DNA from: Pachysolen tannophilus NRRL Y-2460
Taxonomy: Eukaryota
NCBI GenBank assembly: GCA_001661245.1
Contig: KV454014.1
Span: forward strand, 1,022,892-1,086,891
Reading direction: 5' to 3'
DNA length: 64,000 bases
Shown: positions 22,110 through 31,534 of the stretch, one piece after another
How the letters are laid out: the number at the start of each line of letters is the position of its first letter
Numbering within the stretch: position 1 is the first letter of the stretch
Program-made: the position numbers and the translations under genes
Notes under the pieces: model-generated
The model's database searches: none
Told to the model about the DNA's origin: nothing
What the model saw: only the letters and a program-made list of their open reading frames with translations

Positions 22110-23139
22110 ATGAGTATCATCAGATCAGTAAGTAGAGATTATAATCAGTTATTGTGTTGAATTGTTGTTCTTGTTGTTGTTATTTCCCTACTCCATTTGT
22201 TTTTGAAGAAGAAAAGAAAGTAAGAAGAAAAAAAATATTGAAAAATGGACTTAAAAAAATCGAAATCGAGGAAAAGATACGATGAACAAACTCATGTTTG
22301 AGTATATGAATCATTAAGAAATGTGATAAATTATATGTGAATTTGATAGAACTACACTTGAACTTGAATTTTTGGTAAAAAGATTTACTCTAGTTTTTTT
22401 TTTTTTTTTGATTTTGCTTTGTACATGGTGAATTCTAAAAAGAGAAAAAAGTTTATTAGTATTTTAGTTTTGATTTTGATTGTTCATTATGGATTTATTT
22501 TTCTTCTTTTTTTCTTTATTTCTAGGGAAGAGCAAAATTCATGTCAATATCCTATACTATATTAGTTTTGAAATGCAAATTACTAACTTTTAATTTTTTT
22601 TTTTATTTTAATTGTTATAGGCTCCTAAGTGGTACGAATCCCAAGACGCTCCAGTTTCTAAAAAGACTAGAAAGACAAGTCGCCCACAAAAATTGAGAAA
22701 ATCTATTGTTCCAGGTACTGTTTTGATTTTATTAGCTGGTAGATTCAGAGGTAAGAGAGTTGTTTACTTGAAGAACTTGGAAGATAACACTTTATTGATC
22801 TCAGGTCCATTCAAGGTCAACGGTGTTCCATTAAGAAGAGTTAATGCTAAATATGTCATTGCTACCTCCACTAAAGTTGATGTTGAAGGTTTAGATTTAT
22901 CTAAATTTGATGTAGCATACTTTGCTCGTGAAAAATCATCAAAATCAAAGAAATCTGAAGCTGAATTTTTCGGTGAAGGTGCTGCTAAAAAGGAAATTAA
23001 GGCTGAAAGAGTTCAAGATCAAAAGACTGTAGACTCATCTTTGTTATCCTCAATCAAGAAAACCCCATTATTAAAACAATACTTAGGCGCTTCATTTTCT
23101 TTAAAACATGGTGATAAGCCACACGTCATGAAATTTTAA
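22110..23139 (+). CDS. RPL6: 60S ribosomal protein L6 (eL6); exon 1 22110-22127, exon 2 22621-23139
   Basis: Spliced MSIIRS|APKWYES...[21 protein letters not shown]...GDKPH. Confidence 0.95.
22128..22620 (+). other. Spliceosomal intron (493 nt) in RPL6
   Basis: GTAAGT donor, TACTAAC at 22581-22587, TAG acceptor ending at 22620. Confidence 0.93.
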
Positions 23140-23287
23140 GAATAATTAGATTTTAAAGTTATTGTATTTATGAGAAAAGAAGAAAAAAAAAGGAAAAAAA
23201 AGAAGATTGAAAAGGAAGGAAATAACCATCAAGATGATTTAAAAAAAAAAATTAAGTATAAAATTTTTATTTAGGTTTTCCCTTTTA

Positions 23288-23319
<32 letters not shown>

Positions 23320-23931
23320 CTCTGTCAAAACTTCTTGATTTTAATTTTTCAAGTTGTACTGTTTTTATCCCTTTTACATATTATATATAAATATGACAAA
23401 AGATTCGTTTTAATTAAAAAATTGTATTAGTATTAGTAAAGTAAGTAGAGTAATATTGTGTGTCGTCTTAATTATATTATTATAAAAATTGTTTTAGTAC
23501 TATTATTTTTGAGCCGCACACATAATATTTTAAACTAATTGCATGCATAAAGATGGATTAATGAGAAAGATGAGAATAATGAAAAAGAATGAATAACTTG
23601 AGTAAAAATAAAGATTTTATTATGAATAATTCTGTCTCTAGATCTTGGAACAGAATAAATAAAGAAGAAGAAGAAGAAGAAGAAAAAAAAAAGAAGTTTG
23701 TAAAAAGGAAATAATAATCTCTTTTTTTTTTTTGATTTTTATTTATTTATTTATATATATTTAACAGATCAAATTATATTAGGAGAACATTTTATTTTTT
23801 ATTTCAAAATTATTTTCATTCTGTTAGTAACTAATTTTATTATTTAAATGAATTCCAAGTTTTATTTCTGTTTTGAAATGAATTTTATTTCATTATTTAG
23901 GAAAATAAATAAATAATAATAATAAAAATAA

Positions 23932-24555
23932 ATGAAGTTTTCAATTGGTTTAATATTTTTAGGATTTGCAATAGTTTTTTGCTTTGCAGCTCCAATTCAA
24001 GAAATCTCTGCATCTAATCAAAGTTCAATCTTTCATTTTAGTCAGATATTATGTGATAATGAAAAAACTAAAGATGCTTATTGTTATAGGATGGTTAGTG
24101 AACCGGAAGAATCAATAATGCCTCTGAGAATTCCAATAACATCATGTCTTGATTCCAGTCAAGGAAGTGGTGGTACTGTTGGTGTTTCGTTTTCAGTAGA
24201 AATTGAAATTCTGGCTAATCCAACTTTTAGTATGGCAAGTCCAATATTAGATTTAATTAGTTTATCAACATCATTTTCAGTTTCTAAAACTTTTTCACTT
24301 ACTTCATCATATCAATGTACAGTGAAAAAAGGTAAAAAAGGTCAACTTTATGCTTCCCCAATAATAGTAGATGCAGTTTTCCAAAAAAAAGCTCTTTCTC
24401 AAGAAAATGATGATTCAGATTGGAGTCTGCCTTTTAAAGTTAGTGTTCCCGTTGTAAGTACACCATTTTTCAGTTGTGTTACAAGGTATACAGAAGAATC
24501 ATGTGAAGTTCCATCTAAAACAATTACAGTTCCTTTTGGTAAAATGCAAAGCTAA
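23932..24555 (+). CDS. Small secreted Ser/Thr-rich protein with six mature-region Cys; function unknown
   Basis: 207-aa ORF in very AT-rich flanks, A-rich start context, signal peptide MKFSIGLIFLGFAIVFCFA-AP, NQS sequon. Confidence 0.8.
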   Translation: MKFSIGLIFLGFAIVFCFAAPIQEISASNQSSIFHFSQILCDNEKTKDAYCYRMVSEPEESIMPLRIPITSCLDSSQGSGGTVGVSFSVEIEILANPTFSMASPILDLISLSTSFSVSKTFSLTSSYQCTVKKGKKGQLYASPIIVDAVFQKKALSQENDDSDWSLPFKVSVPVVSTPFFSCVTRYTEESCEVPSKTITVPFGKMQS

Positions 24556-24956
24556 TTACATATAAAAAACAAAACAAATACCCCTTTTTATATACATAAT
24601 GTCTTGCCTTTTTTTTTCTTCTTCTTCTTCTTCTTTTCGGTCAAATCTTTGATCGACAATTTTTTTTTAGTCTTCAAGTAATAAAACAAGTAATAAATAA
24701 TACCCATGCACCTCTTCACGTTTTTGATATTTTTTACTTGAGCCGCATTGAAATAGTGGTATTAAAGAAAAGAAAAGAAAAGAAAAGAGAATAGAAGTGT
24801 AGTAAAAATACCTATGAATGCTTGAATTTAAAGGTCAATCCATTGATGAGAAAATCTTTTAGAATCTTTTAATATTGCTTTAAAAGCGAACATATATTTT
24901 ATATATATTATATATATAATATATGTAGTATAGATTACTGGTGACGTTACATTAGA

Positions 24957-25041
24957 GCTCATCAGTATCAAAAAAAAAGAAATTTTTTTCAGCTCTGAAA
25001 AAAAAAATTTTTTTTTTTTTTGTTAAAAAAGTGAAAAATTT
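24957..25041. promoter_or_regulatory. PAC and RRPE-like elements upstream of FPR3
   Basis: GCTCATC at 24957-24963, AATTTTTTTCA at 24981-24991, TGAAAAATTT at 25032-25041; fits a nucleolar gene. Confidence 0.6.
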
Positions 25042-25144
25042 ATTTTATCTGGACATAAATATATTTATATATATATACTTTTATATATTATAATTTTTAT
25101 AATTCATTGCCTTTTGAGAAAAGTATTAAATTGCAAGAATAAGA

Positions 25145-26535
25145 ATGTCAGGTTTATTGCCATTATCATCATACAACTTAGAGTTAAAGCCGTTTGAGCC
25201 AACTCCAGCAATTGAAGATGACTTTCCAGTTACTATTAGAATAACTTTAGCTGCAATTGATCCAGAAGATAATGATGGTGAAGGGGTTCCATCTACTTTA
25301 AGAATTTTGAAAAGATCTGCATTCATTGACGATGATGATTTATCTGATTATGATTCTGAAGATGGTTCGTTAGACGAAGACGAAGATGAAGAAGAAGATG
25401 AAGAAAAAGAAGTTGAAGAAGAAGAAGAAAAACCAAAGAAGGGTAAGAAATCAAAGAAGGCACAAAAAGAAGAAGAAGAAGAAGAAGAAGAAGAAGAAGA
25501 AGAAGAAGAAGAAGAAGAAGAAGAAGAAGATGCTGAGGATGTTGATGGTGAAGTTAAGGATGATGATGAAGATGATGAAGAAGATGATGATTTGGATATT
25601 GAGGACTTGGACGATGGTGTTGAAGAATATGTTGTCTGTACTTTAGGACCAAAATTCCAATACCAACAAACTTTGGATTTAACAATTACTCCAGAAGAAG
25701 AAGTTTTCTTTGTTGTTACTGGTTCTTATGCAATTCATTTAACCGGTAACTATGTTGAACATCCTTACGATGGTGATTCTTCTGATGAAGAAGGTGATTA
25801 TGATGATTACTCTGATGAAGATGATTTGGATTCTGAAGATTATGATTTAACTCCAGATGAAGATGAAGTTTTATCTGGTGAGGAAAATTACGATTTGGAT
25901 GACTTGGAAGATGTTGATGATGTTGAAGGTAAAATCGAAGAAATTCTTGAACAAGAAGAAGGAGAAGAAGAAGAAGAAGGATCTGAAAATAAGAAACAAA
26001 ATAAGAAACGTTCTTTAAAAGAAACTGAACAACAACCAAGTAAGAAATCCAAGAAATCAAAAGATGAGAAAAGAAATGTTAAATTTTCTGAAAACTTGGA
26101 ACAAGGTCCAAGTGGTTCAACTTTAGTATCTGATAAAAAGGAAAAAAAAAGGATTCTACTACTTCACCAGTTTCTGATGAGAAAAAGGGCAAAAAATTCC
26201 CAACAAAACAATTAATTGGTGGTGTTACCATTGAAGACAGAACCGCAGGTAAAGGTCCAGTTTGTAAAAGCGGCCAAAGAGTAGGTGTCAGATACATTGG
26301 TAAATTGAAAAACGGTAAAGTTTTTGATAAAAATACCAATGGTAAACCTTTTACCTTTGGACTAGGTAAAGGTGAAGTCATCAAAGGTTGGGATGTTGGT
26401 GTCGCAGGCATGGCTGTTGGCGGTGAAAGAAGAATTGTAATTCCAGCTGCAATGGCTTATGGTAAAAAAGCTTTACCAGGAATTCCAGCAAACTCCGAAT
26501 TAACATTCGATGTCAAATTGGTCAGTATTAAATAA
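25145..26535 (+). CDS. FPR3: Nucleolar FKBP-type prolyl isomerase (Fpr3/Fpr4), split by a 1-nt frameshift near the A9 run at 26142-26150
   Basis: Nucleoplasmin-like N-domain, acidic tracts including a long (GAA)n; the FKBD ([39 protein letters not shown]) continues in the -1 frame. Confidence 0.9.
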
Positions 26536-27662
26536 TCCGATTAAAACCAAATTGTTTTTTTTTTTTTTTGTAATTTTTGTAATTTTTGTACTTTTTGTAA
26601 TTTTTGACTTTCCAATCTAATTTTTTTTTTTCCTTCTTTTATTATATATTAGAAAAACAGATTAACATCATTCAGAGAGCAAGAAAGAAAAAATTTAAAA
26701 AAAAGAAATTTCTCTAAATCTGTTAATTAAATTATATATATATATAGATAGATGATAATATAAAAAAAAATTTTAAAAGTATCGTTCTGAAACCAGAACG
26801 ACTATATTTTAAATCTTAATTGTTCTGAAAATTCATTATCACTATTTATTATGAACTATTTACACGTTGAAAATAAAATAATTTTTCCGTGACCCAATTG
26901 ACCTTTTTTTTTGGCAGACGCGATTTTTTTTTTTTTTTTTATTAAGTTTTTAAGTTTTTCCATAACAGGACCAAAGTGAAGCTCAACAAAAAAAAAAAAA
27001 TTTTTTTTTCTTGCTTTTTAAAACAAACGAACTCTTTTGTTATTTTATTAAAATATATATAATATATATAAAAGCTTTATTTAAAGAGCGGTTATCAATT
27101 AAAATATAGGGGGATTTTGTTTTTTTTTATTTGCATTTTACTAAATCTTTATGTATTGTACATAGCTTTATTAGAGAAAAAAGCTACTATTTTGTATTTT
27201 TAAAAGACAAGAAAAAAGTAAGGTTTTAACAAAACAAAAATATATATATATATATAAACAAAAAAACAAAATACAATAGACCAATCCCTTTTTTTTTTTT
27301 TTTTTTTGATTTGTTTTTGATATTCAATTCTTTGTTGGTAGGTCTTATTATCCCCTCTCAAGATACGAAGGATATCTGCTCTTGTTCTTTTCCATTCTTT
27401 TTATTTTGAAAAATAAAAAAAAAGTAATTGTTTTGTTTCAAATTCCATTGGCGGTTATATTCATTCATATATTTGTTTAACTATTACCCAACACAAAAAT
27501 TAACTTGTATTAGATATTAATTGTAGCAATATTTGAAGAAAAAAAAATAGAAAAAGGCAAAGGAAAAAAAAATTTGCCTATAGATAGAGAGATTATAATA
27601 ATTAATAATAATAATAATAATAAGTAAGACAAGTGACAAAAATTTAAACATAATATTACAAA

Positions 27663-30329
27663 ATGTCATTTCTTAAGAGCATCGTAACAAAACCGGCGGC
27701 CATGTTATCAAAGACTTCTGCATCATATCCCATACATACCCTTATAACTTTAACTTTATTGGCGTCGTATGCTTATTTGTCAATTGTTGATGAATATATT
27801 GTAAGAGGATCAAATTTGAATAATAACAATGGCGGTAGTGGTTATGTTAATCCTCAAGTTGTTGGTGAAGTTTCATTTTATCATCCTCATGGATCCAATG
27901 ATTATAATAATTGGATTGAAATTGAAGATTATTCACAATTTAGTAATGATGTTGATCACATTGCTGTTACTTATTTAACTTTCAAAGATGTTAAAAATCA
28001 TGAATTACCAGAAATTAAAGATAGTTTCCAAAGTATGGTAAAAAATGAAAGAATTTTAATTACAGATTTTGATGGAAAAGACAAAGTACTTCTGAATTTA
28101 AATAAACTTACAAGTAGTGATGGTACAAATTGGAAATTAAGACATCCAAATGGTTTAGAATCTTATTCAGATTATGCTAAATTAATTTTCCAAAGATTAG
28201 AAAATTGTATAAGAGGTGCTGAAACTTCAGATATTACTTTAATTGTTATAGCCTATATAGCTATGTGGTATACATTTTGTCAACTTTTCTTTGGAATGAG
28301 AGAAGTTGGTTCAAAATTTTGGTTGGCATTTGGATCATTATTATCATCTGGGTTTGGTTTTTTATTTGCTCTTTATTTTGTTACAATTATTTTAGAATTA
28401 CCAATCTCTTTAACAACACTTAGTGAAGGTTTACCATTTTTAGTTGCAACAATTGGTTTTAAACATAAAGTTGTTTATACTGAACCAATATTGAAATTTA
28501 TTTCGAAAAATAAAAGAAAAGATATTCCAAATATCATTGCTCGTGCTGTGGAAGAAGTTGCTGCATTGCATTTAATTAAATATCATTCAATTGTTCTTGG
28601 TGCATTTTTAGGTTGTTCAATTTATGCTCAACATTTAGAAGGTCTTAGAAATTTTTGTATATTAAGTGCTCTGATTTTAGTTTCAGATTTATTGATGACT
28701 TTTTCATTTTATTCTGCTGTCTTGGCTTTAAAAGCAGAAATTAATAAGGTTCATGAATCATTAGAATTAAAAGAATTTTTACAAGAAGATGGGATTAGCG
28801 AAAATGTTGCTGGTGTTGTTGCTGAAAAAAATAGTAAATCTACAATTTTCCAAAAAAATGCTGGAGTAGTAGGTTTTAAAATTGCAATAATTGCTGTATT
28901 TTTCGGTATTCATTTATTTGTATTGGGAACTTCTTGGATGTATGATTCTAATTCAGAATATAGAGTTTCATTTGCTGATACTAAACAATTTGTCAATGTC
29001 TTGTCAAAAACTACTGCACAACATATTAAAATTGGACAAAATGGTACAATTGCAACAATTATGCCTCCTCGTGTTTTCACCCCTACTGGATTTATAGCTA
29101 AAGCTGAAGATGTATTTTTATCCAGTTTACATACCATTGCTAAGGCTACTATTGATCCATTAATTAGTAAATTTTTATTATTGGTCACTGCAATCAGTGT
29201 TTCAATCAATGCTTACTTGTTAAATGCTACTAGGTCACATATCAAAAATGTTTCGGTTGTTGCAGAAGCTGTTTCTGTAGCTGAAAATATTAAAAAAACT
29301 GAACATAATAATAAAAGTACCGAGACCATTGTTTCTTCATTTAGCAAGCCACTGAATAGAAACTTTGTCAGTTCATCAGTTGAACATGTTGAAACTGATG
29401 ATACTATATCTTCAAGTGATGATGATATCAAGTCCGTAGATCTTATTCCAAACCAAGAGCCTAAACGTTCCGTTGAAGAACTTGTTGAATATATGAAAGA
29501 AGGAAAGTTGAAAACATTGTCTGATTCTGAAGTTGCCACTTTAGTAACTGTCGGGAAAGTTCCTCTTTATGCGTTGGAAAAGCAATTAGCTGATAACACT
29601 CGTGCTGTTCTGGTGAGAAGAAAAGCTATTGCTAATTTAGCGGATGCTCCTATTTTAGAGACTAATAAGCTACCTTATAAACATTATGATTACAATCGTG
29701 TCTTTGGTGCATGTTGCGAAAATGTTATTGGTTATATGCCATTGCCAGTTGGTGTTGCTGGACCATTAATTATTGATGGAAATCCTTTCCATATTCCGAT
29801 GGCAACTACTGAAGGATGTCTTGTTGCTTCTACTATGAGAGGTTGTAAAGCTATAAATGCAGGTGGCGGTGTTACTACTGTTTTGACTCTGGATGGTATG
29901 ACTAGAGGTCCTTGTGTTTCATTTCCTTCTTTGATCCGTGCAGGTGCAGCAAAGATGTGGTTGGATTCAGAAGAAGGTTCCACTCGTATAAAGAAGGCTT
30001 TCAATTCAACTTCCAGATTTGCAAGATTACAAAGCATTCAATGTTGTTTAGCAGGAACATTATTATTTATTCGTTTTAGAACTACTACTGGAGATGCCAT
30101 GGGTATGAACATGATATCAAAAGGTGTTGAATATTCATTGAAATATATGATTGAAGAGTGTGGATTCGAAGATATGGTTGTTATCTCAGTTTCAGGTAAT
30201 TATTGTAGCGATAAAAAAGCTGCTGCTATAAATTGGATTGAAGGTAGAGGTAAATCGGTTGTTGCTGAGGCAAGAGTTCCTGCAGATGTTGTTCGTAAAG
30301 TGTTGAAATCTGATGTTAAAAGAAAATAG
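27663..30329 (+). CDS. HMG1: HMG-CoA reductase, N-terminal 885 codons (membrane/sterol-sensing domain and most of the catalytic domain), truncated at an inversion breakpoint
   Basis: HPIH-like YPIH motif, SSD, GACCENVIG, ATTEGCLVAS, TGDAMGMNM, DKKAAAINWIEGRG; homology ends at VLKSDV, followed by KRK-stop. Confidence 0.95.
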   Translation: MSFLKSIVTKPAAMLSKTSASYPIHTLITLTLLASYAYLSIVDEYIVRGSNLNNNNGGSGYVNPQVVGEVSFYHPHGSNDYNNWIEIEDYSQFSNDVDHIAVTYLTFKDVKNHELPEIKDSFQSMVKNERILITDFDGKDKVLLNLNKLTSSDGTNWKLRHPNGLESYSDYAKLIFQRLENCIRGAETSDITLIVIAYIAMWYTFCQLFFGMREVGSKFWLAFGSLLSSGFGFLFALYFVTIILELPISLTTLSEGLPFLVATIGFKHKVVYTEPILKFISKNKRKDIPNIIARAVEEVAALHLIKYHSIVLGAFLGCSIYAQHLEGLRNFCILSALILVSDLLMTFSFYSAVLALKAEINKVHESLELKEFLQEDGISENVAGVVAEKNSKSTIFQKNAGVVGFKIAIIAVFFGIHLFVLGTSWMYDSNSEYRVSFADTKQFVNVLSKTTAQHIKIGQNGTIATIMPPRVFTPTGFIAKAEDVFLSSLHTIAKATIDPLISKFLLLVTAISVSINAYLLNATRSHIKNVSVVAEAVSVAENIKKTEHNNKSTETIVSSFSKPLNRNFVSSSVEHVETDDTISSSDDDIKSVDLIPNQEPKRSVEELVEYMKEGKLKTLSDSEVATLVTVGKVPLYALEKQLADNTRAVLVRRKAIANLADAPILETNKLPYKHYDYNRVFGACCENVIGYMPLPVGVAGPLIIDGNPFHIPMATTEGCLVASTMRGCKAINAGGGVTTVLTLDGMTRGPCVSFPSLIRAGAAKMWLDSEEGSTRIKKAFNSTSRFARLQSIQCCLAGTLLFIRFRTTTGDAMGMNMISKGVEYSLKYMIEECGFEDMVVISVSGNYCSDKKAAAINWIEGRGKSVVAEARVPADVVRKVLKSDVKRK

Positions 30330-30460
30330 CAAGAAAGAACAAAAAAAAAAAAAAGAAGAATTAATATGATATATAAAACATGTGCATCAATAATGGGGAT
30401 GGTGGCATAACATTATTCTTTTTTTTTTTTTTTTTTTTGTTGTTGTTGTTGTTGCTGTTA

Positions 30461-30967
30461 TTAGGATTTTATGCATGATCCAATAATCACTTTATCATTA
30501 TTAGTTTCTGGATTGTTGGTACTGGCCACTTTTCTATTATGTTGCATGTGACTTTGAACCAAATGTCCAGCAGCTAACGCAGATAATAAAGATAATTCTG
30601 CAGCTAATACTGCCGATGCCACTATCTTGGCCAATTGTCTAGCATTGTTTCCCGGTTGATCGACATTGGCTCCTTTCACACCTAAAAGTTCCAACATTGC
30701 ACTCTGAGGTTCCAAAATAGTACCACCACCTATAGTTCCAACTTCAATAGAAGGCATAGATACAGATATTATTAAATCTCCATTTTCTTTATCTTCATTC
30801 ATTAAAGTAATACAATTTGATGATTCAACATTCTGTGCAGGATCCTGACCTGTAGCTAAATAAATTGCAGTAACTAAATTTGCTGCATGTGCATTAAACC
30901 CACCAACAGCACCGGCCATTGCAGATCCAATTAAATTCTTATCAACGTTAACTTCAACCAATGATGT
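30461..30967 (-). CDS. HMG1: HMG-CoA reductase, C-terminal 168 aa, on the opposite strand
   Basis: [61 protein letters not shown]; no initiating ATG at its 5' end. Confidence 0.95.
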   Translation of the reverse strand, partial: TSLVEVNVDKNLIGSAMAGAVGGFNAHAANLVTAIYLATGQDPAQNVESSNCITLMNEDKENGDLIISVSMPSIEVGTIGGGTILEPQSAMLELLGVKGANVDQPGNNARQLAKIVASAVLAAELSLLSALAAGHLVQSHMQHNRKVASTNNPETNNDKVIIGSCIKS

Positions 30968-31534
30968 CACCGTGGAGTTTTTTTATTTCATTTTTTTCAT
31001 TATTTTATTTTGGTTGTTTTAGAAAAAAGTAATTGAAAACTGAATTCCTGTAATTTTATATACTATTTATTTAATTTAGAGAAATGTAAAGTCGGCTGTT
31101 ACTATTTGCCGTCATTGCACGGCTGAAAGTTAGATCTATTAAATCGTCACATATTGTGGAGTTGTAAGTAAGTGTATCTCGCTCGGCAAAGGAAGTACTG
31201 GTCTCCAACGCTATTCTGTTTTCACTCGGTACCTGACTCCAATAATTATAAACACTAGATCATCTCAAAAGAGGACCGATAACGATACCGAACCCTCAAC
31301 GGAGTATCTTTGATTTCAAAAAATTTTTGTTAGTTTTCGGTTAAGTGTTGAAAAAAAAAAAAATACCAAAAACAAAAAAAAAAGAAAAAATTTTTTGTAT
31401 AGTAGTAAAGTAAGACAGAAATTTTTCAAGATAAATTATCAGGTCTATAAAGAGACCACCCATCGTGATATTTACTGACGATAGTCATATTGTTTTTCTG
31501 TTTCTTTTGAGGAGAGGTATAGGTTTTGCTGGTT

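Noticed and set aside
22128..22620. Intronic snoRNA in the RPL6 intron
   Set aside because: No convincing box C/D pair or H/ACA structure seen by eye; would need a snoscan/Infernal search
23823..23900. Possible 5' UTR intron (GTTAGT...TAG) before the orphan gene
   Set aside because: No properly placed branch-point motif
25386..25646. Poly-Lys ORF
   Set aside because: Alternate frame of the (GAA)n poly-Glu tract of FPR3
30315..30970. Splicing or trans-splicing as an explanation for the split HMG1
   Set aside because: No canonical donor (GTTAAA), and no branch point or AG acceptor ahead of the minus-strand piece; a simple inversion explains it to the base
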